Shown: positions 47,985-56,925 of the stretch, piece by piece
Numbering within the stretch: position 1 is the first letter of the stretch
Layout of the letters: each line of letters starts with the position of its first letter
NCBI GenBank assembly: GCA_045588245.1
Contig: JAZNDW010000036.1
Coordinates: 8,068 to 72,067 of the forward strand
Source: Eubacteriales bacterium
GTDB lineage: Bacteria; Bacillota; Clostridia; Oscillospirales; CAG-272
DNA length: 64,000 bases
Direction: 5' to 3'
Made by a program: the position numbers and the translations under genes
The notes under the pieces: generated by a model
What the model was told of the DNA's origin: nothing
Databases searched by the model: none
The model's input: only the letters and a program-made list of their open reading frames with translations

Positions 47985-49262
47985 TCAAACGGAAAGTTCC
48001 CCGTCGTATTTTATGCGTCGTGCCTCTACGTAGTACCGCTTATCGTGGGCATGCCCCATCGAAAACGTCTTTCTCGGAAGGGAGCCCGACTCAACGACCG
48101 ACGAAAAGAGATCCGACTTCTTCATTCCGTCAAATACAAAAGCTACGGCACCGTCGGCGTCGGCAAGACGGCGCACGGTATCCTCGCCGTGGATATAGTC
48201 GATCTTACATTCGGTATGGGCGGCAACGTATGCGTCAAGGAATATTCCGAGCGAGCCGACCGTGAGCGGATGCGGCGCGGACTCGAAAACGATCTCTCCT
48301 TCTTCTGACTTCGTTATATAGGTCACGATCTCTTGGCGTTCGTGTCCGCAGCTTGCTTCTGCGGCAAACGAGCGAAGCTCCAAAAGAAGCGCGTCCGTGT
48401 CCGCGTTTGTGACGATCCTGTAAATAGGCTCAAAATTGAGCGTGTCATCGTGCAGGTTGACGATCTCTGCCATGGCATAGCGGGCGGGGTGTACGGCACG
48501 AAGCTCTTCGGGAAGATTCGGCTTGAGCGTTTCCCACCACGATTTTGCTGTTGCAAGCGAGTGATTGCCGTCGCCGACGGCAAAAACGAGCGGATCTTCA
48601 CCGCCTGCGGCGGTGTCGGCAAGGTCTGAAAGTGCAACTCTGATGCGCTCGCATTCCTCTCGGAGAAGCTCATATCCGCGGATGTGACCTCCTCCGCCCG
48701 AAAGGTCAAAATCGTATACGGGCTCGCCCGAGATCCCGACGTTTTCAACGACGGTGCGTTCTCTGTCGTCTATCAGTATCATAATATGTGGCAGCTCGAT
48801 CGGCGCACCCGAGCGAATGCGGACGCGAGGCGGGATGCGGTCAAGCACCGTCGCCTCCGTCGCTCTGATGAGCGACTTTGAGCCGACGGAATAATCGTAT
48901 TCCTCAAGGTCGAATATTCCGACGACGCCGCGGCGGATACCGCCGTCCGCGAGCGTGCGCTCAACGTACATCATCGATTCTCCGCTGCCAGAAAGGTAAT
49001 TATATAGATAATTCCGCATCGTGCGGTTGATGGTGTCGATTCTTGACGGGGTGCCCTCGGACAAAAACGCTTCGGGCAGGATGCATTTAAGCGTTGACGG
49101 AGCCTCGCCTACAAATTCTTCAATCCTGTGCCAATACTCAGGCTCGGACGTATACTGATCACACGCAATGACTCCCCAGCGGCTCATGTCGGCACCGCGC
49201 GGCGGCAAAAGAATGTCTGTCGGGCGGAATGCATTATATATTCGTGTCTTTATATCGTTCAT
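47985..49262 (-). CDS. DUF1015-family protein
   Basis: 425 aa. AFRPTDILLPP and WGVIACDQYTSEPEYW match my recollection of the DUF1015 N-terminus. Confidence 0.7.
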   Translation of the reverse strand: MNDIKTRIYNAFRPTDILLPPRGADMSRWGVIACDQYTSEPEYWHRIEEFVGEAPSTLKCILPEAFLSEGTPSRIDTINRTMRNYLYNYLSGSGESMMYVERTLADGGIRRGVVGIFDLEEYDYSVGSKSLIRATEATVLDRIPPRVRIRSGAPIELPHIMILIDDRERTVVENVGISGEPVYDFDLSGGGGHIRGYELLREECERIRVALSDLADTAAGGEDPLVFAVGDGNHSLATAKSWWETLKPNLPEELRAVHPARYAMAEIVNLHDDTLNFEPIYRIVTNADTDALLLELRSFAAEASCGHERQEIVTYITKSEEGEIVFESAPHPLTVGSLGIFLDAYVAAHTECKIDYIHGEDTVRRLADADGAVAFVFDGMKKSDLFSSVVESGSLPRKTFSMGHAHDKRYYVEARRIKYDGELSV

Positions 49263-49336
49263 GTGTGTCTCCGTGATAATGTGATGTATTAAAGTATATC
49301 ACATTATGTCGAATTCGGCAACGGAAATTTCAGCAC

Positions 49337-49367
49337 GAAAAAACCGCGCCACAGGCGCGGTTTTTCG
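49337..49367. terminator. Bidirectional-looking terminator after the anti-sigma-like gene
   Basis: ACCGCGCC-ACAG-GCGCGGT hairpin flanked by A6 and T5. Confidence 0.8.
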
Positions 49368-49373
49368 TATAGA

Positions 49374-50765
49374 TCAATAGTATATTTCCTCAGGGGTTAC
49401 GTTCATATTGATCTCATCTCCGAGATTCTTTATTATCAAATCCTCCAAAGCCCCGATAGCTTCTATCTGTTCCTTGCTGAGTGTAAACTGTTGATACGTA
49501 TATTCCGTTTCCACAACGTACTTGTTGGTTAGCTCACCTTCGGCTGTCTTATTCCATGACGTTACGGATTTTTTTATAACGCTGCCAAATCCGTTGTAGG
49601 TGTATACGGATTCAGAACCGCTGCCAAAAGCAACCTCCCCGTTCTCATCGTATTGAGTGTAGTCCTGTTGCATTTTCGCGATCTTTTTTGTGTCGTCGTA
49701 TTCGATAGTATAGGATAGATCGGTGAGGATCTGTCCGTTTACATACTCCGTTATCCTTGTGATATTCCCGTATTCGTCGTATTCGTTAACGGTTCGGCTC
49801 CCTTCCTCTGCCATGTTATTATAATACTGTATCAGAATACAATTTCCTTTTTCATCATAAGTAAGACGGTTTTCGGAGGTAAATACCAATTCGCCGTCAA
49901 CAGATTCAAAATATTTATATGACAGCATATTTCCGTTATCGTCGTATTCACCCGTCTGCATAGCATTAACTGCACCGTATCGAACAAGCTGTAACTCCGT
50001 TAAGTTTCCGTTACTGTCGTAAATCTCTACGGTTCCCTCTTTTTCTGTACCGAAGGCATCAATTTTTTTGGTTTCTTTCCGAAGTCCCGTATCGCTGTAC
50101 GTGTATGAATATACCGTTTCGTATATCGTACCGTTTTCATCATATATCTCGCGCAAGACATTACCGTATTCATCATATATAAGCTTTGGATTGGTGATAT
50201 CGCTTCCATCTGCCACCGAATACATTTTATAATCATATATTTTTCCGTTATTAATCAAATATTCTTTTTTTATCTCGTCAAAGTAAACGGCAACAAGCTT
50301 GATTATATTTCCATCTTCATCGCACGTAATATGATATTCCGACATCATATCGGAGTCAGTCATGGCAATAAGAGTACCGTTTGCATTATATTCATACGAC
50401 TGCTCCGATAACAATCCGTTTGTATTGCTCGATTTTATAGACGTGCATAAAAATATCGTTTCCGTCACAGCTTCCGCGCCTGTTTCCGTATCATCTGTGG
50501 TGTCCGCCGGCGGCGTCGATATACTGTTACGCATCAGAATGAACGCGATCACAATAACGGCTGCAAGCACGACGCACGCAACAGCCGTAAGTACGCTTTT
50601 GAGAGTGTCCGACACCGTGCCGACGACGTAGACAGGCATATCTGACGATTCAGATCGCTTTTCCGTGAGCACTCCCGCAATGTGTGTTGCAGCTTTGTCC
50701 GTAACGGCTGAAACGTAACGCTCGTCTATCATAGATAAAGCTTCCGCAAGTATTGCTCTATTCAT
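49374..50765 (-). CDS. Single-pass membrane protein: putative anti-sigma factor with a YD-repeat-like ectodomain
   Basis: Its start overlaps the sigma gene stop (ATGA). The N-terminus is ALSMIDERYVSAV. It has one TM segment (VLTAVACVVLAAVIVIAFILM). I count nine [YC][DN]xxG motifs (YDENGN-like). Confidence 0.65.
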   Translation of the reverse strand: MNRAILAEALSMIDERYVSAVTDKAATHIAGVLTEKRSESSDMPVYVVGTVSDTLKSVLTAVACVVLAAVIVIAFILMRNSISTPPADTTDDTETGAEAVTETIFLCTSIKSSNTNGLLSEQSYEYNANGTLIAMTDSDMMSEYHITCDEDGNIIKLVAVYFDEIKKEYLINNGKIYDYKMYSVADGSDITNPKLIYDEYGNVLREIYDENGTIYETVYSYTYSDTGLRKETKKIDAFGTEKEGTVEIYDSNGNLTELQLVRYGAVNAMQTGEYDDNGNMLSYKYFESVDGELVFTSENRLTYDEKGNCILIQYYNNMAEEGSRTVNEYDEYGNITRITEYVNGQILTDLSYTIEYDDTKKIAKMQQDYTQYDENGEVAFGSGSESVYTYNGFGSVIKKSVTSWNKTAEGELTNKYVVETEYTYQQFTLSKEQIEAIGALEDLIIKNLGDEINMNVTPEEIYY

Positions 50766-51319
50766 ATTATGTACCCCTCCTCACGCAAAAATTTACTTAG
50801 TCTGTCGCGTTGGCGCGACAGTCTCACCGACGCTTTATTCACGCTGATCGTCATCGACATCGCTGCCGCAGCTACCGACTCACACAGATAATATCGTCTG
50901 ACGAACAGCTCGCGGTCAACGGGACGCTCGCGCTTCAAAAATGCGTTTATAGCCGCTGCAAGCTCCGACGCGCTTATCTGCTCCTCCGTCCAGTTTGGCG
51001 CCGATATCGCGTCGTACAGCTCGTCAAGAGACTTGTCGTATTCGCTGTTTCTTAGCTTTGTGGTGTTGTACGCACACTTTTTTCGAGCTATATTCCGCGC
51101 AATGCCGCACGAGTACGCCGAAAGCGAATTCGGTCGCTTCGGCGGTATCGTGTCCCAGACGCAGAGGTATGTATCGTTGCAGCACTCCTCAGCGTCTGCA
51201 CGGTTGCCGACGATGTTCATCGCCACACGCATCAACAGCGCTCCGTATTTCGCCGTCAGCTCCGATATTGCACGCTCGCTCCGCGCGAAAAACATCTCAA
51301 TGATTTTCTCGTCTTTCAT
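50762..51319 (-). CDS. ECF-type sigma-70 family RNA polymerase sigma factor
   Basis: The start is re-set to ATG 51319 (AAGGAGAAA RBS). The region 2-like segment is DAEECCNDTYLCVW. The region 4-like C-terminus is MTISVNKASVRLSRQRDRL. Confidence 0.8.
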   Translation of the reverse strand: MKDEKIIEMFFARSERAISELTAKYGALLMRVAMNIVGNRADAEECCNDTYLCVWDTIPPKRPNSLSAYSCGIARNIARKKCAYNTTKLRNSEYDKSLDELYDAISAPNWTEEQISASELAAAINAFLKRERPVDRELFVRRYYLCESVAAAAMSMTISVNKASVRLSRQRDRLSKFLREEGYII

Positions 51320-51377
51320 TGTTTTTCTCCTTCTTGTATTTTGGACGCAGACTATTCTCCGCCCTACACCATATAAG

Positions 51378-51402
51378 TACGCTTTTTTTGATAAATCTTT
51401 CA
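51378..51402 (-). promoter_or_regulatory. Candidate ECF-type autoregulated promoter
   Basis: The minus strand reads TGAAAG-15 nt-CGTA, which resembles the TGAAAC-N16-CGTA class. It lies ~60 nt upstream of the sigma gene. Confidence 0.3.
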
Positions 51403-51465
51403 CTTTTTTCAAAAATTATTTTTTATATTTTTATTATAGCATTATTTTATATTCATTTGACGTCC

Positions 51466-51494
51466 TTGACATAATATCTTTCGTTTTATAAAAT
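51466..51494 (+). promoter_or_regulatory. Sigma-A promoter of the GH43 gene
   Basis: TTGACA, 17-nt spacer, TAAAAT. Confidence 0.55.
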
Positions 51495-51533
51495 AAAATG
51501 GGAAACAAAATTTCTGTTTTTGAGGTGTAAATT

Positions 51534-53141
51534 ATGGCATTCATCAAAGCATACACGCGAGATATCGTCGACAGACGGACGTACCCGAGCGCGCTCGCCC
51601 ATAGCGTTCATTTTGCCGTAAGCTATAACGGTGTCGATTTCACTCCCCTCAAAGGTAACTACGGTATCCTTTTTCCTCGCGCGGAGATAGGCTCGAAAAA
51701 CGAGATCCTCGAACGCGGAGCGGCATCTCCGAGGATCGCCGACCTCGGCTATAAATACGTCATCGTTGCCGAGTACGTCGATGCGGCAGGTAACGTGATC
51801 GACGAAGAATCTCTTTGGGCGTGGGAAACGTTTGATTTCGTCAGCTTTTCCGAGTCGGGACTCGTCAAAAAGTCCGAGCTCTTGCGTGAGCTGTCGGTTG
51901 CAACCGAAACTATAGCTATCGAAACATCGCTTATCGAGGACATCATAAACGCATACATGCCCGTTCATTTCGTCCGCGCAGACCTGCCCGAAAGCGTAAC
52001 GCTCTGCGATATTTCCGAGCTTGACGTCGTCCGTGCCGTCTGCCGATATTCCGACGGCTCGACTGACGTAAAGCCGATCGTTTGGGACACAGAATCGGTC
52101 TGCGGCAAGGGTACATACAAAATAAACGGACAGATCATACAGCCCGAGTTTTCCTCGCCGTGTATCGAAGGCTTTGCCGATCCGACGGTGTTCCGATGGG
52201 AAGATAAATGGTACTTTTTAGCGACGAACGACAAAACGGGAAACGTCGGATTGTACGCTTCTCGCGCCGACACGGTAGAGGGACTGTTCACCCCCGACAA
52301 TCCGCCTGTATGCATTTTGCCGTATAACGAAGAAAAAGGCTTGATCTCGACGTTCTGGGCGCCCGAATTTCACGTGATCGGCGGCGAGCTTTATATACTT
52401 TTCGCCGTCGGCGGAAAGGTATGGTCGCCGCAGTCGCACATGATGAAGCTGAAGCACGGCGGCGACATTCTGTCGCCCGACTCGTGGTATGATCCTGTGC
52501 GGATGATGAAAAAGGACGGCACCCCTCTCGGTGTCGGAGAGATCACGCTTGACATGACGTATTTTTCCGCGAACGGACGCCACTTTGTCGCGTGGTCACA
52601 GCGCACGTTTTCGCCCGTTGACTCGGGTTCGATGATCTACATCGCCGAGATCTCGCCCGACGTGCCGTATCGACTCATAAGCGATCCGACGCTGATAGCG
52701 CGTCCGCTTTATGGCTGGGAGAATCAAAGCGGCACCGTCAACAACGAAGGCCCGTACGCGCTTTTGCGCGACGGCAGGATATATTTAGCGTATTCGGGCG
52801 GCGCTGCCGGCGGATATTCGTATTCGCTCGGCTATCTAATCGCCGACGCCGACGCGGACCTGCTTGTTGCGGAAAGCTGGCGCAAAACGATCACGCCCGT
52901 TCTGACCTCGTACGATACTGTTGACCGAGAGGGATCGGGACACAACGCGTTTTACATCGGAGACGACGGCAAAACGATGATAACGTATCACGCGCAAAGG
53001 CTGAACTCCGACGGCAAGCGCAACACGTACATCCACCGCGTTCATTTTTCGCACAACGGTTATCCGATACTCAATATGATCCCCGAACGCGATCTGCCAA
53101 GCGGCGCACACGCCGTCAGCATCACGGTCACGATCGAATAA
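51534..53141 (+). CDS. Glycoside hydrolase family 43 protein (beta-xylosidase / alpha-L-arabinofuranosidase type), cytoplasmic, with an extra N-terminal domain
   Basis: It has GFADPTVFRWEDKWYFLATND, FWAPEFHVIGGELYILFA and NNEGPYALLRDGRIYLAYSG (five-bladed propeller motifs). No signal peptide is present. Confidence 0.85.
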   Translation: MAFIKAYTRDIVDRRTYPSALAHSVHFAVSYNGVDFTPLKGNYGILFPRAEIGSKNEILERGAASPRIADLGYKYVIVAEYVDAAGNVIDEESLWAWETFDFVSFSESGLVKKSELLRELSVATETIAIETSLIEDIINAYMPVHFVRADLPESVTLCDISELDVVRAVCRYSDGSTDVKPIVWDTESVCGKGTYKINGQIIQPEFSSPCIEGFADPTVFRWEDKWYFLATNDKTGNVGLYASRADTVEGLFTPDNPPVCILPYNEEKGLISTFWAPEFHVIGGELYILFAVGGKVWSPQSHMMKLKHGGDILSPDSWYDPVRMMKKDGTPLGVGEITLDMTYFSANGRHFVAWSQRTFSPVDSGSMIYIAEISPDVPYRLISDPTLIARPLYGWENQSGTVNNEGPYALLRDGRIYLAYSGGAAGGYSYSLGYLIADADADLLVAESWRKTITPVLTSYDTVDREGSGHNAFYIGDDGKTMITYHAQRLNSDGKRNTYIHRVHFSHNGYPILNMIPERDLPSGAHAVSITVTIE

Positions 53142-53147
53142 CAATTA

Positions 53148-53204
53148 CTCCCCGTAAAACAGCGACGCTTTTGCGTAATCCGCTGTTTTACAGGGAGTTT
53201 TTTC
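53148..53204 (+). terminator. Rho-independent terminator of the GH43 gene
   Basis: CTCCCCGTAAAACAGCG / CGCTGTTTTACAGGGAG (17-bp stem with 1 mismatch) followed by T6. Confidence 0.8.
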
Positions 53205-53210
53205 ATATTA

Positions 53211-53756
53211 TTATGCCGCAACGTCGCCGTCAAGGCTCCACAAGAGCACAAGCGAGCCGTCGCTGTTTTTATAGTATACGCGGTTGATCCGCAGGTCGAG
53301 ATACGACTCTACCCCTTCGGGAGTTTTATAAAGCTGAACGTCACCAAAGCAAAGATTATCCCCGTCGGCGGAAAGGGAGAACTGACTGAATTGCGCATTT
53401 TCCGTCATGCTGAACAGCCGTCCCCACGTCGTCGTTTCACCCTCAATATACCACGAGCGGTACTCTATTTTATGCTGTAGATCTATGTAATCGTGCTCAG
53501 CATCGTGGATCAGTCCGCCGCGATATGCAGTGTGCTTGATTGGCGCATTTGCGTGAAACGTAATGACGCCGTCCGTAACCTCGCACCGTATGCCTCCCTC
53601 GATGTCTCCGTAATCCATGGCTTTCGGAATAAAGAATAACAAATACACCACAGCGAACAGCACAAATATCGTAAGCGCCGACAGCGTTATAAAATTCGTC
53701 ACGCCGCCAAGGGTGATCTTTCTTTTGTTCATGTTATTTTCATAGCCGTATATCAT
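53211..53756 (-). CDS. Hypothetical membrane-anchored protein
   Basis: The start is re-set to ATG 53756 (GGAGAA RBS). It has one N-terminal TM segment (FITLSALTIFVLFAVVYLLFFIP). I recognise no family. Confidence 0.55.
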   Translation of the reverse strand: MIYGYENNMNKRKITLGGVTNFITLSALTIFVLFAVVYLLFFIPKAMDYGDIEGGIRCEVTDGVITFHANAPIKHTAYRGGLIHDAEHDYIDLQHKIEYRSWYIEGETTTWGRLFSMTENAQFSQFSLSADGDNLCFGDVQLYKTPEGVESYLDLRINRVYYKNSDGSLVLLWSLDGDVAA

Positions 53757-53956
53757 AAACCGTTCTCCGTTTCCGAGGCACCTCACCTACACTATATATG
53801 TCGCCATTCGGATCAAAATCTTTCACAAAAATGATAATGTTTTTATTTTATTAACAATTTACACGCGGTACTAATTTATATTGACGTCATTTGTTGCGCG
53901 AATGTTTCCTCATTCACCATTTCGTAACAAATTCGTGATTTTATTTTCAAAATATT

Positions 53957-54030
53957 AATTAATAAGGTTCCTTATCATCTTGACGTTTGTTTTCTATGGG
54001 TGTAAAATAATGATAAGGAATCTTACTAAT
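53957..54030 (+). promoter_or_regulatory. marR promoter bracketed by two copies of a 20-nt pseudo-palindromic operator
   Basis: TGATAAGGAACCTTATTAAT (reverse strand, 53957-53977) and TGATAAGGAATCTTACTAAT (54011-54030) are 18/20 identical. They flank TTGACG (53980-53985), a 17-nt spacer and TAAAAT (54003-54008). Confidence 0.65.
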
Positions 54031-54052
54031 CACAAAATTGAAGGGAGCAAAA

Positions 54053-54526
54053 ATGACAGGTTTTGACTTAATGAAGCTGCTTCATCGGTTGGAAGCGCAG
54101 TCACGGCGCGATTTCATGCCTCAGCACAGCCAGGAACACCATCATCCGCCGCACGATGCACCGCCGCCGTTCAACGTTCACCACGGCAAAGGCCGCATCA
54201 TCTCCGTTTTGTTCCGCCACGCGGGAATATCGCAAAAGGAGCTTGCCGAACGCCTTGCCATACGTCCGCAGTCACTTTCCGATGCCATATCCAAGCTTGA
54301 AACGGACGGGCTTATTTACCGCGAACGTTCCGAAGAGGATAAACGCGAACTTTTGCTTTACCTGACAGACTCGGGAAAACAAAGAGCCGAGGAAGTGCAT
54401 CAACGCCGCACTATGCGAGCGGAGGAATTTTTTTCACCGCTGACGAATGAAGAAAAAGAAACGCTCGGAACACTTTTACAAAAACTTTGCGATGCGGACG
54501 AAAACAAGCAGTCTCCAAACAATTAA
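54053..54526 (+). CDS. MarR-family transcriptional regulator with a His/Pro-rich N-terminal extension
   Basis: ATG 54053 follows AAGGGAG (the track start at 54038 is TTG). The extension reads QHSQEHHHPPHDAPPPFNVHHGKGR. The wHTH is ISQKELAERLAIRPQSLSDAISKLETDGLIYR. Confidence 0.85.
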   Translation: MTGFDLMKLLHRLEAQSRRDFMPQHSQEHHHPPHDAPPPFNVHHGKGRIISVLFRHAGISQKELAERLAIRPQSLSDAISKLETDGLIYRERSEEDKRELLLYLTDSGKQRAEEVHQRRTMRAEEFFSPLTNEEKETLGTLLQKLCDADENKQSPNN

Positions 54527-54558
54527 GTAAATTATAAATATAGAAAGGAAATATTTTT

Positions 54559-56727
54559 ATGGGACCTATGATGGGACCGCCCCCCGGATGGGGCGGAAGA
54601 CGAAATGATGACTTAAAACCTCCAAAGCCGAAAAACATCAAAGAGGTGCCGCAGTATCTCTGGCGCCTCATTTCAGGCTTCGTTTTCAGACTATTCTACA
54701 TATTCAAGCTCGTATGGGATGCACGTCCGTCGCTATTATTCCTTATGATGTTTATGAGCGTGTTCAACGGTATCGTGCCCGTATTGGGATCGCTTATCTC
54801 AGCCGACTTGATCAACTCGCTCGTTGCGCCTTTGAAAGTCGAGCAATACACCGTCGTCGGTAAATTCATAATCAATCTGACGGATGCCGCCGCGACGTCG
54901 GACGGTTGGCGCGTAATAATGTCGCTGTTGATACTGCAGTTCTCATATATGCTCTTCAACTCGGTGGTCTCGAGCCTTTATAATATGTTCGTCAACATCT
55001 CCGGCGAGATCGTTACGAACCATATCAAAGTCAAGATCATCAACAAGGCAAAGGAAGTAGACATCGCAAGCTTCGACCTGCCCTCGTTCTACGAAAAGCT
55101 TGAGAACGCAAACCGCGAAGCGGGTTCGCGTCCGATCCAGATCATGCGCTCCACCTTCAGCCTCGTTTCGACTATCATCACAATGACGAGCTATATCGTC
55201 ATTCTCTCGAACGTTGCTTCGTGGATCTCGTTCGTTGTGATCCTTCTGGCTATCCCCTCTGCCATTATCAACTTCACGTACAGAAGAAAGACCTTCTTCT
55301 ATATGCGTCGCCGCAGTAAAGACCGCCGCCAGATGGACTATTACAGCAACCTGATGGTAAACAAGGACATGGTAAAAGAGATCCGTCTTTTCGGACTTTC
55401 CGACACTTTTATCGCACGCTTCCGCGAAACGTTCAAGAAATATTACGCAGGCATCAAACGCCTCATCATCAACGAAAACATCTGGCACATTTCCGTGTCG
55501 ATCTTCTCTTCCGTCGTCAACTGTTTGCTTTATCTCTTTATTGCAAAGCAGGTATTTGCAGGCATATTTGCTATCGGTGATTACTCGCTTTACACCGGTG
55601 CGCTTTCGTCCGTTTCACACGGTGTTGCAAGCCTTATCGGCGTCGTTTCTTCCATTTATGAGGGCGGTCTTTTCATTGACAACCTCATCCTCTTCATGAA
55701 AGAAGAAAAGCGCATCAAGCCGAAGCTTGACTGCAATCCCGAAAACAAGCTCGCCGAGCCGCGACACGTTAAGCGCCGCTGCGGTCACACGATCGAATTC
55801 AAAAACGTATGCTTCAGCTATCCCGGCACCGAGCGTATGGTTCTCAAAAACATCAATTTCAAGCTGAATGAAGGCGAGACCTGTGTTCTTGTCGGCTTGA
55901 ACGGCGCAGGCAAAACGACGCTCATCAAGCTTCTGACGCGTCTATATGACCCGACGGAGGGTGTGATCCTGCTCGACGGATACGACATCCGCGAATACGA
56001 TATCGACGAGCTTTATCAGATGTACGGAATCATATTCCAAGACTTCGGAAAGTATGCCGTTTCCGTTTCGGAAAACATCAAGTTTGGTGATATCTTCAAC
56101 GAGCACCAAGACGGTGACGTCCCCGAAGCTGCCCGTCAGTCGAGCGCAGACGTATTCATCGACAAGCTTCCCGACAAGTATGACACGCCTTTGATGCGTT
56201 ACTTCGAAGAAAACGGAATCGAGCTTTCGATCGGTCAATGGCAAAAGCTTTCGATCGCACGTGCGTTCTACTCCGATTCCGATTTCCTTATCCTCGACGA
56301 GCCGACGGCTTCCCTTGACGCCATCGCCGAGCAGGAGATCTTCAATCAGTTTGACAGTCTGCGTCAGGACAAAACGACTATCTTTGTTTCTCACAGACTC
56401 TCAAGCGCCACCGTTGCATCTAAGATCATCGTTCTTGAATACGGTGAGATCATTGAAGAGGGTAACCACAGCCAGCTTATGAACAAACGCGGCAGATATT
56501 GGGAACTCTTCTCAACGCAGGCAAAGCGTTACCTCACAGAGGTTGACGAAAACGACACGCTTGACTCCGCAGGAACCGCTCCCGCTCTCGCCGATGGCGA
56601 AAATGCTCATGCCTTCGGCAGACATAAACGCGGTATGGCTCCTCATGAAGACCATGGACATCATGGACACCACGAACACCACGGACCTCGCGGTCCGCGC
56701 GGTGGACACCGTCCCGACGGCGAATAA
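54559..56727 (+). CDS. ABC exporter (TMD-NBD, presumably homodimeric) with a His-rich C-terminal tail
   Basis: It has GLNGAGKTT, LSIGQWQK, LILDEPTASLD and VSHRLSS. The tail reads HEDHGHHGHHEHHGPRGPRGGHRPDGE. Confidence 0.88.
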   Translation: MGPMMGPPPGWGGRRNDDLKPPKPKNIKEVPQYLWRLISGFVFRLFYIFKLVWDARPSLLFLMMFMSVFNGIVPVLGSLISADLINSLVAPLKVEQYTVVGKFIINLTDAAATSDGWRVIMSLLILQFSYMLFNSVVSSLYNMFVNISGEIVTNHIKVKIINKAKEVDIASFDLPSFYEKLENANREAGSRPIQIMRSTFSLVSTIITMTSYIVILSNVASWISFVVILLAIPSAIINFTYRRKTFFYMRRRSKDRRQMDYYSNLMVNKDMVKEIRLFGLSDTFIARFRETFKKYYAGIKRLIINENIWHISVSIFSSVVNCLLYLFIAKQVFAGIFAIGDYSLYTGALSSVSHGVASLIGVVSSIYEGGLFIDNLILFMKEEKRIKPKLDCNPENKLAEPRHVKRRCGHTIEFKNVCFSYPGTERMVLKNINFKLNEGETCVLVGLNGAGKTTLIKLLTRLYDPTEGVILLDGYDIREYDIDELYQMYGIIFQDFGKYAVSVSENIKFGDIFNEHQDGDVPEAARQSSADVFIDKLPDKYDTPLMRYFEENGIELSIGQWQKLSIARAFYSDSDFLILDEPTASLDAIAEQEIFNQFDSLRQDKTTIFVSHRLSSATVASKIIVLEYGEIIEEGNHSQLMNKRGRYWELFSTQAKRYLTEVDENDTLDSAGTAPALADGENAHAFGRHKRGMAPHEDHGHHGHHEHHGPRGPRGGHRPDGE

Positions 56728-56734
56728 CAAAGCG

Positions 56735-56771
56735 CAAAAAACCTCCTGAACAATGTTCGGGAGGTTTTTTA
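56735..56771 (+). terminator. Rho-independent terminator
   Basis: AACCTCCTGAACA / TGTTCGGGAGGTT hairpin followed by T6. Confidence 0.85.
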
Positions 56772-56837
56772 TTGTCTATTCATAAAAACGGTACATATAT
56801 GAACCGTAAAAACGGCATTTCTTCCAACCGACGATTC

Positions 56838-56866
56838 TTGACAAAAAACGATGTCGGGCATATAAT
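56838..56866 (+). promoter_or_regulatory. Sigma-A promoter of the aspartate kinase gene
   Basis: TTGACA, 17-nt spacer, TATAAT. The leader is only ~60 nt. Confidence 0.6.
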
Positions 56867-56925
56867 GAAATGTAACGATTATTTTCGCGCACGAGCGAAT
56901 AAATATACATTACTGAGGTACGGAC

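Noticed and set aside
56772-56925. A possible lysine riboswitch or T-box upstream of the aspartate kinase gene
   Set aside because: The leader after the TTGACA/TATAAT promoter is only ~60 nt, with one small hairpin. That is too short, and it lacks L-box or T-box conserved sequences.
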